Source: Gammaproteobacteria bacterium (GTDB taxonomy: Bacteria > Pseudomonadota > Gammaproteobacteria > JAABTG01). Taken from it: 38,614 nt of DNA. The position numbers were made by a program, and so were the translations under genes. The notes beneath the pieces are model-generated. The model ran no database searches. It was not told the origin of the DNA and saw only the letters and a program-made list of their open reading frames with translations. The DNA lies in contig JASJBY010000026.1 of NCBI GenBank assembly GCA_030066245.1, positions 1-38,614 of the forward strand, written 5' to 3'. Below, piece after piece: positions 8,517 to 17,107 of the stretch; position 1 is the first letter of the stretch, and every line of letters starts with the position of its first letter.

Positions 8517-10277
8517 ATGTTGACCCTGCTAACCCGCCGCAATCCCCATGGGCACGCTGCTTCAATACTTGGCCGGGTCCTCGCGGCCATGGGCCTTTCT
8601 GCGCTCTCTGCGGCGGCGGTGGCTGACGGCTATTTCTCCGACCAAGCCGAAGCGTCCGGCGTCGATTTCGTGCAGTTCAACGGCATGTCCGGCGAGTTCT
8701 ACATGATCGAGAATCTGGGCGGCGGCGGCGCCCTGTTCGACTACGACAACGACGGGGATCTGGACATCTATCTGGTTCAAGGCGCAATGCTCGGCCCGAA
8801 GGCCCTGTCCGAGGCCCTGTTTCCACCCCAGCCCGGCAAGCCCCTCACGGACCGGCTGTATCGCAACGACCTGTCGGTGGCACGGGACGGCACGCCCAGG
8901 CCCCGTTTCGTGGACGTCACGGAGGCCAGCGGGATCCGCTCCGCAGGCTACGGCATGGGCGTGACGGTCGGAGACTATGACAACGACGGCTGGGTCGACG
9001 TCTACGTAAACAACTACGGCAGGAACCAGCTGTGGCGCAACAACGGGAACGGCACTTTCTCCGAGGTTACCGACCAGGCGGGCGTGGGCGAGGAGCGGCT
9101 CAGTGTGAGCTCAGCCTTCGTGGACTATGACCGTGACGGTGATCTGGATCTCTTCGTCAGCAACTACGTTTACTTCGATCCCGAGGAGAATCGGGAATGT
9201 AGTGCGCCGGACGGATCCCGCGACTACTGCTCGCCCCGGGCCTACGAGCCAGCACCGGACCGGCTCTACGCGAACCGGGGAGACGGGACTTTCGAGGACG
9301 TCACCGCCAAGTCCGGCATCGCGCGCGCGTTTGGCACTGGGCTCGGCGTGGTGGTGGCTGACTTCAACGGTGACGCCTGGCCCGACATTTACGTGGCGAA
9401 TGACGGCATGGCCAACCAGCTGTGGCGCAACCAGAAGGACGGCACCTTCGTGGATGACGGGCTGCTCTCGGGCACGGCGGTGAACATGGAAGGCGCCGCC
9501 GAGGCCAGCATGGGCGTGGACGCCGTGGACGTGGACGGTGACGGGGATGAGGATCTGTTCATGACCCATCTGCTGGGGGAGACCAACACCATCTACATCA
9601 ACGACGGGGAGGGCTGGTTCGAGGACCGGACCATGGCAACGGGCCTGGCGGCGCCGAGCAAAGGATATACCTCCTTCGGCACGGCCTGGTTCGACTACAA
9701 CAACGACGGCTGGCTGGATCTCTATATCGCCAACGGCGGGGTGAACAACTTTCTCTCGCTGGTGCTGCAAAACGATCCCTATCCCCTCCATCAGACCAAC
9801 CAGCTGTTCGTGAACCTGGGCGAAGGGCAGTTTAAGGAAGTCACCAAAGCGGCCGGCAAGGTCTTCAAGCTCTCCGAGGTGAGCCGTGGCGTCGCCTGCG
9901 GCGATGTGGACAGCGACGGGGATGCGGATCTGCTGGTGGTCAACAACAACGGTCGGGCGCGCCTGCTGGTCAACCAGGAGGGGAACAGGCGGCACTGGCT
10001 GGGTCTGCGCCTGCTGGACGCGCGCGGACGGGATGCGCTCGGCGCCCGGGTGCGGGTGGAGCGGCCCAAGCAGCGGCCCCTCTGGCGCCGGGCACGCGCC
10101 GACGGCAGCTATGCCTCCGCCAACGACCCGCGGGTGCTGGTCGGCCTGGGCGACTCGGCGGCCTTGGGGCCGGTCCGGGTTTACTGGCCCAGCGGCCTGG
10201 TGGAGCAGTGGTCCGGGTTGCAGGCGGACCGTTACACGACTCTGCGTGAGGGCGAAGGTCAGGAGGTCAAGTCATGA
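8517..10277 (+). CDS. CRTAC1-family protein (FG-GAP/VCBS repeats + ASPIC/UnbV domain), secreted
   Basis: Paralogue of 3789-5639. It has the same FDYDNDGDLD repeat blocks and a C-terminal HWLGLRLLDARGRDALGARVRV...VLVGLG UnbV-like segment. Signal peptide LAAMGLSALSAAAVADG. Start placed at the ATG at 8517, downstream of AGGAGG. Confidence 0.85.
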   Translation: MLTLLTRRNPHGHAASILGRVLAAMGLSALSAAAVADGYFSDQAEASGVDFVQFNGMSGEFYMIENLGGGGALFDYDNDGDLDIYLVQGAMLGPKALSEALFPPQPGKPLTDRLYRNDLSVARDGTPRPRFVDVTEASGIRSAGYGMGVTVGDYDNDGWVDVYVNNYGRNQLWRNNGNGTFSEVTDQAGVGEERLSVSSAFVDYDRDGDLDLFVSNYVYFDPEENRECSAPDGSRDYCSPRAYEPAPDRLYANRGDGTFEDVTAKSGIARAFGTGLGVVVADFNGDAWPDIYVANDGMANQLWRNQKDGTFVDDGLLSGTAVNMEGAAEASMGVDAVDVDGDGDEDLFMTHLLGETNTIYINDGEGWFEDRTMATGLAAPSKGYTSFGTAWFDYNNDGWLDLYIANGGVNNFLSLVLQNDPYPLHQTNQLFVNLGEGQFKEVTKAAGKVFKLSEVSRGVACGDVDSDGDADLLVVNNNGRARLLVNQEGNRRHWLGLRLLDARGRDALGARVRVERPKQRPLWRRARADGSYASANDPRVLVGLGDSAALGPVRVYWPSGLVEQWSGLQADRYTTLREGEGQEVKS

Positions 10278-12046
10278 TCAGCCTTCCAGGATCCGATGCC
10301 CGGCGTCCTGCCGGGTCGCCGCGGTGTTCGCAGGTCCGGGGCTCAGGGCTCGCGCGCCTGCGGCGTGCTGCGCTGCCGGGGCCGGCTCTTCTGCTGGGCT
10401 GGGCCATCATTGCCTGGGCCCAGGACGCCGACACCCTGGCCGCGCCCCTTTCGTGGGAGGGGGGCGGCCAGACCTACAAGCTGGTCGCTGTCCCCGCGCC
10501 GCTGCTCGAAGGCCGGGAGCCTGCCATGCAGCAGGCCCTGGGCAGTCTGCGCCGGGAGCTGGCGGCCCTGGTGCGGAAGCCGGGCGTCAAGCCCGTGGAG
10601 CTGGGGGAGGCGTTCGGGCACATGGGCCGCCACTACCATGCCCACCATCTGTACGGCGCTGCGGCTGGCTGCTACACCAATGCGGAAACCCTGGAGCCGG
10701 GGGTCTTTCGATGGCCCTATCTGCTGGGCTACGCCTACTACCAGGCCAGCCATCCGCACAAGGCGGTGGCCGCCTACCGGAGAGCGTTGGCGATCCAGCC
10801 GGGGGACGCGGCCGCCCAGCTGAGACTGGCCGCCGTCTACCTGGAGCTGAATCAGCCGGCCGTGGCCGAGCCGTTGCTCGAGCGGCCCCTGGAGCAGGAC
10901 GGCCTGCGCGAGGCCGCCGCCTTCCTCAAGGGCAAGGCGGCCCTGGCGCGACGTGACTACGAGAACGCGGTTCGCTATCTGGAAGCGGCGCTGGCGGAAG
11001 GTCCCCAGGCAACCAAAGCGCACTACCCCCTGGCCATGGCCTACCGGGGGCTTGGCGATGTGGACAGCGCCCGCCGCCATCTGAAGCTTCTCGGCGAGGG
11101 CGAACCCCGGGTCGTGGATCCGCTGGTGGATGAGTTGGGTACGTTTCTCACCGGGGCGCGCACTCACTATTTCCGGGCCATCGAGGCGGTGCGCGACGGC
11201 CACTACGACGAGGCCGTCTACGGGTTCACCGAAGCGCTCGCCCAGGATCCGGACAATGTCAACGCGCGCGTGAGTCTGGCCCGATCCCTGTACCTGGCGG
11301 GCGACCGGGAAGGGGGCCATGAGCAGTTGGCCGATGCCCTGCGCCGTCAGCCGGACCATCTGCTCGGCAATTTTCTCATGGGCGTCCTGCTGGATGAGCA
11401 GGGTCAGCCGGGCAAGGCGGCCGAGCACTACCAGGTGACGCTGGCCCAGGATCCCGAGCACGCCGGCGCCCATTACTATCTGGCCACCGTGTTGCTGGGT
11501 CAGGGTGAGTTTGCCCGGGCTGCCGAGCACTACGCGGCGGCCTGGCGGCTGGAGCCGAGGCTGGCGTCGGCCCGTATGCTGGAAGCCATGGCCCTGCTGG
11601 AAGCGGGTGCGCCCCACACGACGGTGCGCGCTCGACTCGATCAGGCTGTGAGCGCCTACCCGGACGAGACCATGGTGGTGCTCCCCTTGGCGCGCCTGCT
11701 CGCGACCAGTCCCGATGCCCAGGTGCGGGACGGCGCGCGGGCCTTGACCCTGGGGGAAGGGCTGTTCGAGGCGTCGCCCCGGCTGGAGAACGCGGAGACC
11801 CTCGCCATGGCGTACGCGGCCCTGGGGCGCTACGAGGACGCGGTCGCCTGGCAGGAGAGCGCCATCTCGGCCACAGCGGCAGCCGGACAGTTCTTTCAGC
11901 TGCCGCGGCTGGAAGATGCCCTCAGCCGCTACCAGGACCGCGAGAGGCTGCCCACGTCCGTGGCGTTGAATGCCAGCATGCTCCGGCCTCCGCCCGCGCG
12001 GGCCCTGGGTCCCTTTCGCGAGTATCCGACCCTGTCCGCCTACTGA
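10274..12046 (+). CDS. TPR-repeat protein, exported
   Basis: Its ATG overlaps the upstream stop (ATGA). A hydrophobic N-terminal segment ALLLGWAIIAWAQD follows an RLRR stretch. The protein carries many TPR-like units (AHYPLAMAYRGLGD, AHYYLATVLLGQGE). Confidence 0.8.
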   Translation: MISLPGSDARRPAGSPRCSQVRGSGLARLRRAALPGPALLLGWAIIAWAQDADTLAAPLSWEGGGQTYKLVAVPAPLLEGREPAMQQALGSLRRELAALVRKPGVKPVELGEAFGHMGRHYHAHHLYGAAAGCYTNAETLEPGVFRWPYLLGYAYYQASHPHKAVAAYRRALAIQPGDAAAQLRLAAVYLELNQPAVAEPLLERPLEQDGLREAAAFLKGKAALARRDYENAVRYLEAALAEGPQATKAHYPLAMAYRGLGDVDSARRHLKLLGEGEPRVVDPLVDELGTFLTGARTHYFRAIEAVRDGHYDEAVYGFTEALAQDPDNVNARVSLARSLYLAGDREGGHEQLADALRRQPDHLLGNFLMGVLLDEQGQPGKAAEHYQVTLAQDPEHAGAHYYLATVLLGQGEFARAAEHYAAAWRLEPRLASARMLEAMALLEAGAPHTTVRARLDQAVSAYPDETMVVLPLARLLATSPDAQVRDGARALTLGEGLFEASPRLENAETLAMAYAALGRYEDAVAWQESAISATAAAGQFFQLPRLEDALSRYQDRERLPTSVALNASMLRPPPARALGPFREYPTLSAY

Positions 12047-12176
12047 GGTGGGCGACAGGCGTGCAGGCCGGCGTGCCATCGGAAGCCTGTCCGGGGGTCA
12101 GGCGGGCCGGCAGCGACCTTTTTGCGGCAGTAACTAATCAGAGCGAGGAGCGCCGCAAGCAGCGGCCTGCAACACC

Positions 12177-15100
12177 ATGACTGAATTCCGGCACATGCTT
12201 TACCCGCTGGGTTTCCTGTTTCTGGTGGCCTGCTCCGGGCCTGCGGACGACCAGCAAAACGCGGCGGGCTCGACTCCGCCTGCCAGCGGCCCTGACGACA
12301 GGGCCATTGGCCTGAACAATCGCGGTGTCGGGCTGATGGGACGCTTCGAGTACGAGCCCGCGCGGCAGGCGTTCGCGAGCCTGGTGGAACAGTATCCCGA
12401 ATGGGCCGACGCGGACGTCAATTTGGCCATCGCGACCCTGAACCGGCAGGAAGAGGGGGACGAGCAGGCGGCTCTGGCTCGCGTGGATCAGGTCCTCGAG
12501 AGGGAGCCCGACCACCTGCGGGCCCATTACGTGGCCGGCCTGCTTAGGCTCTATCTGTCCTCACCCGCCGAGGCGCTGGTGCACTTCCGTCAGGTGGCGG
12601 AAGCCGATCCCGAGGATGCCTACGCGGCCTACTATCTGGCCCAGTGCCTCGCCCAGGAGTCCCAGTACCAGGAGGCCCTTGGTTGGTACCGGCGCGCCAT
12701 GGCCCTGGATCCCTACCTGCGCAGCGCCTACTACGGCGCATTCCAGAGCCTGCGTCGCCTGCGTCAGGCCAACGAGGCTCGCGCGGTCATCGCCGATTAC
12801 CAGAAGCTTGCCAACAATCCCCGGGCGCGCCTGGCGGAGTTCAAGTACACGCGCATGGGACCCAAGGGCGAGGCCCTAGCCATCGCCCCTTCGGAACCGC
12901 GCCCGAGCATCCCTCACCCGGCGGGGCCGCTGTTCGCCAAACCCCGGGTTATCGCTCGCGCCGACACCGCGGAGGAGCAGGGGGGAAGCCGGTTCAGCCT
13001 CACCGCTGCGGATATGCAGGGTGACGGGGCGCTGGATATTCTGGTGACCGGCGTCGGCGGGGCGACGCCCAACCTGCTGCTGCACGGCCAGCCGGATGGC
13101 AGCTACCAGGTGGATGCCGCGCACCCGCTCGCCGCTGTGCCGGATGTGAACGCCGCCCTGTGGGGTGATTTCGACAATGACGGCCTGACGGATGTGTATC
13201 TGTGCCGGGCGGGGACCAATCAGCTGTGGCGCCAGACCGAGCCCGGCAGCTGGCTGGACGTGACGGCTGCCACGGGGACGGGCGGCGGCGAGCGTGACAC
13301 GGTGGACGGGGTTTTCTTCGATGCCGACCACGACGGCGATCTGGACCTGTTCCTGGTGAACGCGGACGGTCCCAACGAGCTGCTCAACAACAACCTGGAC
13401 GGCAGCTTTCGTGCACTGGGCGCCGAGTTCGGGGTGGCCGGGGACGGCCGGGCCTCGCGGCTCGCGATCCCCGTGGACATCGATGGGGACCGGGATGTAG
13501 ACCTGGTGGTGGTCAACGGGGAGCCGCCCCACGAGGTGTATTTGAATGACCGCCTGTGGCAGTACACACCGGCGAAGGGCTTCCGGGCCTTTCGGGACGC
13601 CCCCGTACACACGGCATTGGCCGCGGATGTGGATGCCGACGGCGTGCCGGAGCTCTACGCGGTTAGCCCGGACGGGAAGATCTACCGGTGGTCGGAGCCC
13701 GCTGCCGATCATTCCGACGCCGAGCCGTTGCTGACGCTGCCGGGTGCAGGGGAGTCGCCGCCGGGCCTCGCCGCCATGGACGTGAACGGCGACGGCCGCC
13801 TGGAGCTTATCGCCAGTGCCGGGAACGGCTGGGCCGTTGTCGATGCCGACGCGGGTCGGAGCCGAGCCCACCACCGGGCGGCGCTCGGGGGCAGGCGGCT
13901 GCGCGGCTGGTCTCCGGTCGTGGTCCAGCCGCAGGCCGGACCTTCAGTGCTGGGGCTGGCGGCTGACGGGACTCTCCACCTCTGGGGGCCGGGGCGCGGG
14001 CGCCACAGGTTCGTGAGCCTGGTCTTCACCGGTGCTGAGGATGCCGGCCAGTCCATGCGCTCCAACGCCTCGGGCATCGGCACCCGGATGGCCCTGCGGG
14101 TGGGCGACCGGTGGACCCTAACCGACACGCTGCGCAGCTTCGCGGGGCCTGGTCAGTCCCTGCAGCCCGTGGCCATTGGCCTGGGCGGCGCGGCGAAGGC
14201 GGACTTCGTGGCCATCGACTGGTCGGACGGTGTGTTCCAGAGCGAGCTGGATCTCGGTCCCGACCAGGTGCATCGCATCGCCGAGACCCAGCGGCAGCTC
14301 TCCAGCTGCCCCGTGCTATTCGCCTGGGACGGCGATCGCTATGCCTTCGTCAGCGATCTGCTGGGTGTGGGTGGGCTGGGTTATGCGGTGGGACCGGGCG
14401 AGTACGCCACCCCGCGCCCCTGGGAAAACCTGCTCCTGCCGCCCGGGCTCCTGAAGCCCAGGGAAGGCCGGATGCTGGTGAAGCTCACGGAGCCCATGGA
14501 AGAAGCCGTCTATATCGATGCGGTGCGACTGGTGAGCTACGATCTGCCGCCCGGTTGGGAGCTGGTGCTGGACGAACGCATGGGGATCCAGGGGCCGCCG
14601 CCCACCGGCGAGCCGCGTTTCTTTCGCCACGAAATACTGGCGATGCGAGCCACCAATGACCGCGGCCAGGAGGTCACGGCGACAGTGCGTGACGCAGATG
14701 GCGAGGCGGCCCCCGTGGGCGCCCGGGACAGGCGCTTCGTGGGACGCCTGGAACGGGAGCACCTGCTCACCCTGCGCTTTGAAGAGCCCCTGGACCAGCG
14801 TCCCGGACAGCCCTTGCTGGTGGCCGACGGCTGGGTGGAGTACCCCTATTCCCAGACCATGTTCGCCGCCTGGCAGGCGGGTGCCGGCTACCAGGCGCCG
14901 AGCCTGGAGGCACGCGGCGCCGACGGCCGCTGGCACAGGCTCCTGGAACAGTTCGGCTATCCGGCCGGCATGCCCCGGCGCATGTCCGTGCCCCTGGACG
15001 GGTTGCCGGCCGGTACCCGGGAGATCCGCCTGCGTACCAACCAGGAAATCTACTGGGACCGCCTGGCCGTGGCCTACGCCGAGCCGGCGCCCCGGATACG

Positions 15101-15527
15101 CCGCGAGGTGCTGAGTCTGGCGTCGGCGCGTCTGGCCAAGACCGGCTTTCCCCTGCGCCTGACCCGTGACCAGCACCGGCCGGATTACGACTACGGGCAC
15201 CGCCGCCCGTTCTGGGACACCCGCTACATGGCCGGCCTGTACACGCGCCTGGGCGACGTGAAGGAGCTGGTGGCGCGCCACGACGATGGCGTCGCCGTGT
15301 TCGGGGCCGGGGAGGAGGTGCATATGGCCTTTGCCGCGCCTTCCGCACCCGCTCCGCAGGGCTGGCGCCGCTACTTCGTCCTGGAGACCAACGGCTGGAC
15401 CAAGGACATGGATCTTTTCACCCAGCACGGCGAAACGGTGGGTCCGCTACCCACTACCGGCAAGCCCCCCGGCCCCCGCGACGCCCTGCATGCCCGCTAC
15501 AACACGCGCTGGCTGGCGGGGCGGTGA
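12177..15527 (+). CDS. large lipoprotein: TPR + FG-GAP/VCBS repeats + ASPIC/UnbV-like segment + unrecognised ~400-aa C-terminal domain
   Basis: Lipobox FLFLVACSG. TPR units in the first ~230 aa. FG-GAP-like blocks (GDFDNDGLTDVYL, FDADHDGDLDLFLVN, DIDGDRDVDLVVVN, DVNGDGRLELI). UnbV-like segment GIGTRMALRVGDRW...VAIGLG. I cannot name the remaining C-terminal part. Confidence 0.85.
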   Translation: MTEFRHMLYPLGFLFLVACSGPADDQQNAAGSTPPASGPDDRAIGLNNRGVGLMGRFEYEPARQAFASLVEQYPEWADADVNLAIATLNRQEEGDEQAALARVDQVLEREPDHLRAHYVAGLLRLYLSSPAEALVHFRQVAEADPEDAYAAYYLAQCLAQESQYQEALGWYRRAMALDPYLRSAYYGAFQSLRRLRQANEARAVIADYQKLANNPRARLAEFKYTRMGPKGEALAIAPSEPRPSIPHPAGPLFAKPRVIARADTAEEQGGSRFSLTAADMQGDGALDILVTGVGGATPNLLLHGQPDGSYQVDAAHPLAAVPDVNAALWGDFDNDGLTDVYLCRAGTNQLWRQTEPGSWLDVTAATGTGGGERDTVDGVFFDADHDGDLDLFLVNADGPNELLNNNLDGSFRALGAEFGVAGDGRASRLAIPVDIDGDRDVDLVVVNGEPPHEVYLNDRLWQYTPAKGFRAFRDAPVHTALAADVDADGVPELYAVSPDGKIYRWSEPAADHSDAEPLLTLPGAGESPPGLAAMDVNGDGRLELIASAGNGWAVVDADAGRSRAHHRAALGGRRLRGWSPVVVQPQAGPSVLGLAADGTLHLWGPGRGRHRFVSLVFTGAEDAGQSMRSNASGIGTRMALRVGDRWTLTDTLRSFAGPGQSLQPVAIGLGGAAKADFVAIDWSDGVFQSELDLGPDQVHRIAETQRQLSSCPVLFAWDGDRYAFVSDLLGVGGLGYAVGPGEYATPRPWENLLLPPGLLKPREGRMLVKLTEPMEEAVYIDAVRLVSYDLPPGWELVLDERMGIQGPPPTGEPRFFRHEILAMRATNDRGQEVTATVRDADGEAAPVGARDRRFVGRLEREHLLTLRFEEPLDQRPGQPLLVADGWVEYPYSQTMFAAWQAGAGYQAPSLEARGADGRWHRLLEQFGYPAGMPRRMSVPLDGLPAGTREIRLRTNQEIYWDRLAVAYAEPAPRIRREVLSLASARLAKTGFPLRLTRDQHRPDYDYGHRRPFWDTRYMAGLYTRLGDVKELVARHDDGVAVFGAGEEVHMAFAAPSAPAPQGWRRYFVLETNGWTKDMDLFTQHGETVGPLPTTGKPPGPRDALHARYNTRWLAGR

Positions 15528-15535
15528 AGACCTCA

Positions 15536-15566
15536 CAAAGAAAAAGGGGTGACTTCCGTCACCCCT
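15536..15566 (-). terminator. rho-independent terminator for the Gly/Trp/Tyr-rich protein gene; may act in both directions
   Basis: Perfect 9-bp stem AGGGGTGAC/GTCACCCCT with a 4-nt loop at 15545-15566. On the minus strand it is followed by TTTTTCTTT. A second GC hairpin sits at 15579-15601 (CTCCCCGCC/GGCGGGGAG). Confidence 0.65.
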
Positions 15567-15616
15567 GTTCCATGCGCTCTCCCCGCCATCCTGGCGGGGA
15601 GTCAGACCAGGGTCTG

Positions 15617-15925
15617 CTACTTCTTCGCCGTGGCCGGCTGCTGTACGATCACCGGAGCGGTCATGGCGTACGGATAGCCGTAGCCACCCCAGCCGGGATA
15701 GCCGCCCCAGCCATAGCCGGGATAGCCGCCCCAGCCGTAGCCAGGATAGCCGCCCCAGCCGTACGGGCCGCCCCAGCCCCAGGGGCCGCCGCCCCAGCCG
15801 TAGCCGCCCCAGCCATAGCCGCCCCACCAGGGGCCGCCACCGAAGAAGGCATTGGCGCTCTGCAGGGGCAGAAGCGCAGAGCCTGCCACCACAGCCGCCG
15901 CCAGGATTACCGAGATCTTCTTCAT
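15617..15925 (-). CDS. small secreted Gly/Trp/Tyr-rich repeat protein, sulfur-globule-protein-like
   Basis: 102 aa. Signal peptide MKKISVILAAAVVAGSALLPLQSANA. The mature part consists almost entirely of G, W, Y and P, with GWGGYPGY repeated three times. RBS AAGGGAGAG upstream and a terminator downstream. Confidence 0.75.
   Translation of the reverse strand: MKKISVILAAAVVAGSALLPLQSANAFFGGGPWWGGYGWGGYGWGGGPWGWGGPYGWGGYPGYGWGGYPGYGWGGYPGWGGYGYPYAMTAPVIVQQPATAKK
15695..15766. repeat. 3 x 24-nt tandem repeat inside the CDS, encoding GWGGYPGY
   Basis: The three units are GGGATAGCCGCCCCAGCCATAGCC, GGGATAGCCGCCCCAGCCGTAGCC and AGGATAGCCGCCCCAGCCGTACGG, read directly from the + strand. Confidence 0.9.
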
Positions 15926-16004
15926 CGGGTTCTCTCCCTTTGCTCGTGCATTAACGGTTGAGAGTTATTGATGTTGTTTCGCCGGGCAACCCCGGCACTT
16001 ACAG

Positions 16005-16010
16005 ATTATA
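16005..16010 (-). promoter_or_regulatory. candidate sigma-70 -10 box (TATAAT) for the Gly/Trp/Tyr-rich protein gene
   Basis: A perfect TATAAT on the minus strand (ATTATA on +), about 80 nt upstream of the ATG, in a locally AT-rich stretch. The only -35-like hexamer, TTGCAT, sits at a suboptimal spacing of about 19 nt. A GCCGGG/CCCGGC hairpin at 15981-15996 would fall in the 5' UTR. Confidence 0.4.
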
Positions 16011-16107
16011 ACCAATTACTCATATACCGATGCAACCGATCCAGATCAATAAACCGTCACATATGCGCCCAGCGTCCCGCCGTGCAAGCCGGCGTCGTCG
16101 AGCCGCG

Positions 16108-16341
16108 CTACAGCCCCACGATCTCCGCGTGAACGCCCTGGCCCTTCACGCAGGCCAGGATGTCTGAGCTGCTGGTCTTGTCGGGGTTGTACTCAATCAT
16201 CATCAGGTGCGGCTTGTCGTCGTGCTGGGCGACCGAGACAACCCCCTCGATCCCCCGCACCTTGTCCTCCATGGCGCCGCGGGCCGTCTTGTCAATGCTC
16301 TCATCGACATGGACCAATACATCGACGAGCTTGATATCCAT
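16108..16341 (-). CDS. small HMA-like (ferredoxin-fold) protein lacking the CxxC metal site
   Basis: 77 aa from MDIKLVDVLVHV, with a GAGGAGG RBS. The pattern is beta-alpha-beta-beta-alpha-beta-like (VRGIEGVVSV....MIEYNP....IL..V). It has a single Cys and no CxxC. It is co-directional with atpD and about 130 nt downstream of it. Confidence 0.6.
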   Translation of the reverse strand: MDIKLVDVLVHVDESIDKTARGAMEDKVRGIEGVVSVAQHDDKPHLMMIEYNPDKTSSSDILACVKGQGVHAEIVGL

Positions 16342-16474
16342 CTGGCTGCCTCCTCGTTGTGAGTTGAACGTCCGTAGCCCATTGTTCACCCGCGACGTCG
16401 GGCGCGCAACCTCCCTTTGTTAACTTTCCCGCGGCATGTCTCGAGACACCATGATCTCGGTCAACTCTACGCCA

Positions 16475-17104
16475 TCAGGGACCGCCCATCCCTCCCTGCT
16501 CCCTGAGCACCTTGATTTGAAACAGGGTGTTGCGCTCCTCTTCCTCCAGGCTGGATTCGATGAAGCGGATGGTATTGCGGTACTTGGGGATGACGTTGTA
16601 ACGCAGGGCGTTGACCCGTTTCTGGGTCTTGCGCTGCTCCTCCAGCAGGCGCCAGAGCGCTGTCTCCGCCTCTCCCAGCCGCGCCAGCAGCACCGCCATA
16701 GCGGCGAGGCGGCGCCGGGTTTCGTCCAGGCTCGAATCGGTGCCGGTGAAACCGATGGGCTGCATGGGGCGTTCCTTGGCGGTCACCGCCGGATACTGCA
16801 CCCCCAGGCTGCTGCGCGGCAGGATGTTGACCTCCAGACCCAGGGGCAGTCCCAGGGCCACCTGTCCCAGCTTGCGGCTGCCCATGCGCATGTGCGTGAT
16901 GCTCAGCCATCGGTAGGCCTGCTCCACCGCGTCCCGTGCCTGGTTGCGCAGGCGCCGATACTGGTCGAGCCGCTCGTAAACCAGGCGCGTGAGCAGCTCT
17001 TTCTTGCGCTCCAGCAGGGTGTGACCGTCTTCGAGGAAGGCCACCTGCTGCTTCAATGCCAGCAGCGCGCTCTTGGTGGGCGGGATCTTGAGGCGCTGCG
17101 GCAT
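16475..17104 (-). CDS. atpD: V/A-type ATPase subunit D
   Basis: The N-terminus IPPTKSALLALKQQVAFLEDGHTLLERKKELL is typical of V-type D subunits. It lies immediately after subunit B. Confidence 0.9.
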   Translation of the reverse strand: MPQRLKIPPTKSALLALKQQVAFLEDGHTLLERKKELLTRLVYERLDQYRRLRNQARDAVEQAYRWLSITHMRMGSRKLGQVALGLPLGLEVNILPRSSLGVQYPAVTAKERPMQPIGFTGTDSSLDETRRRLAAMAVLLARLGEAETALWRLLEEQRKTQKRVNALRYNVIPKYRNTIRFIESSLEEEERNTLFQIKVLREQGGMGGP

Positions 17105-17107
17105 GGG

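Noticed and set aside
15695-15766. Short tandem repeats as a possible CRISPR or minisatellite
   Set aside because: The units are contiguous with no spacers, are in frame, and encode the GWGGYPGY repeat of a signal-peptide-bearing protein.
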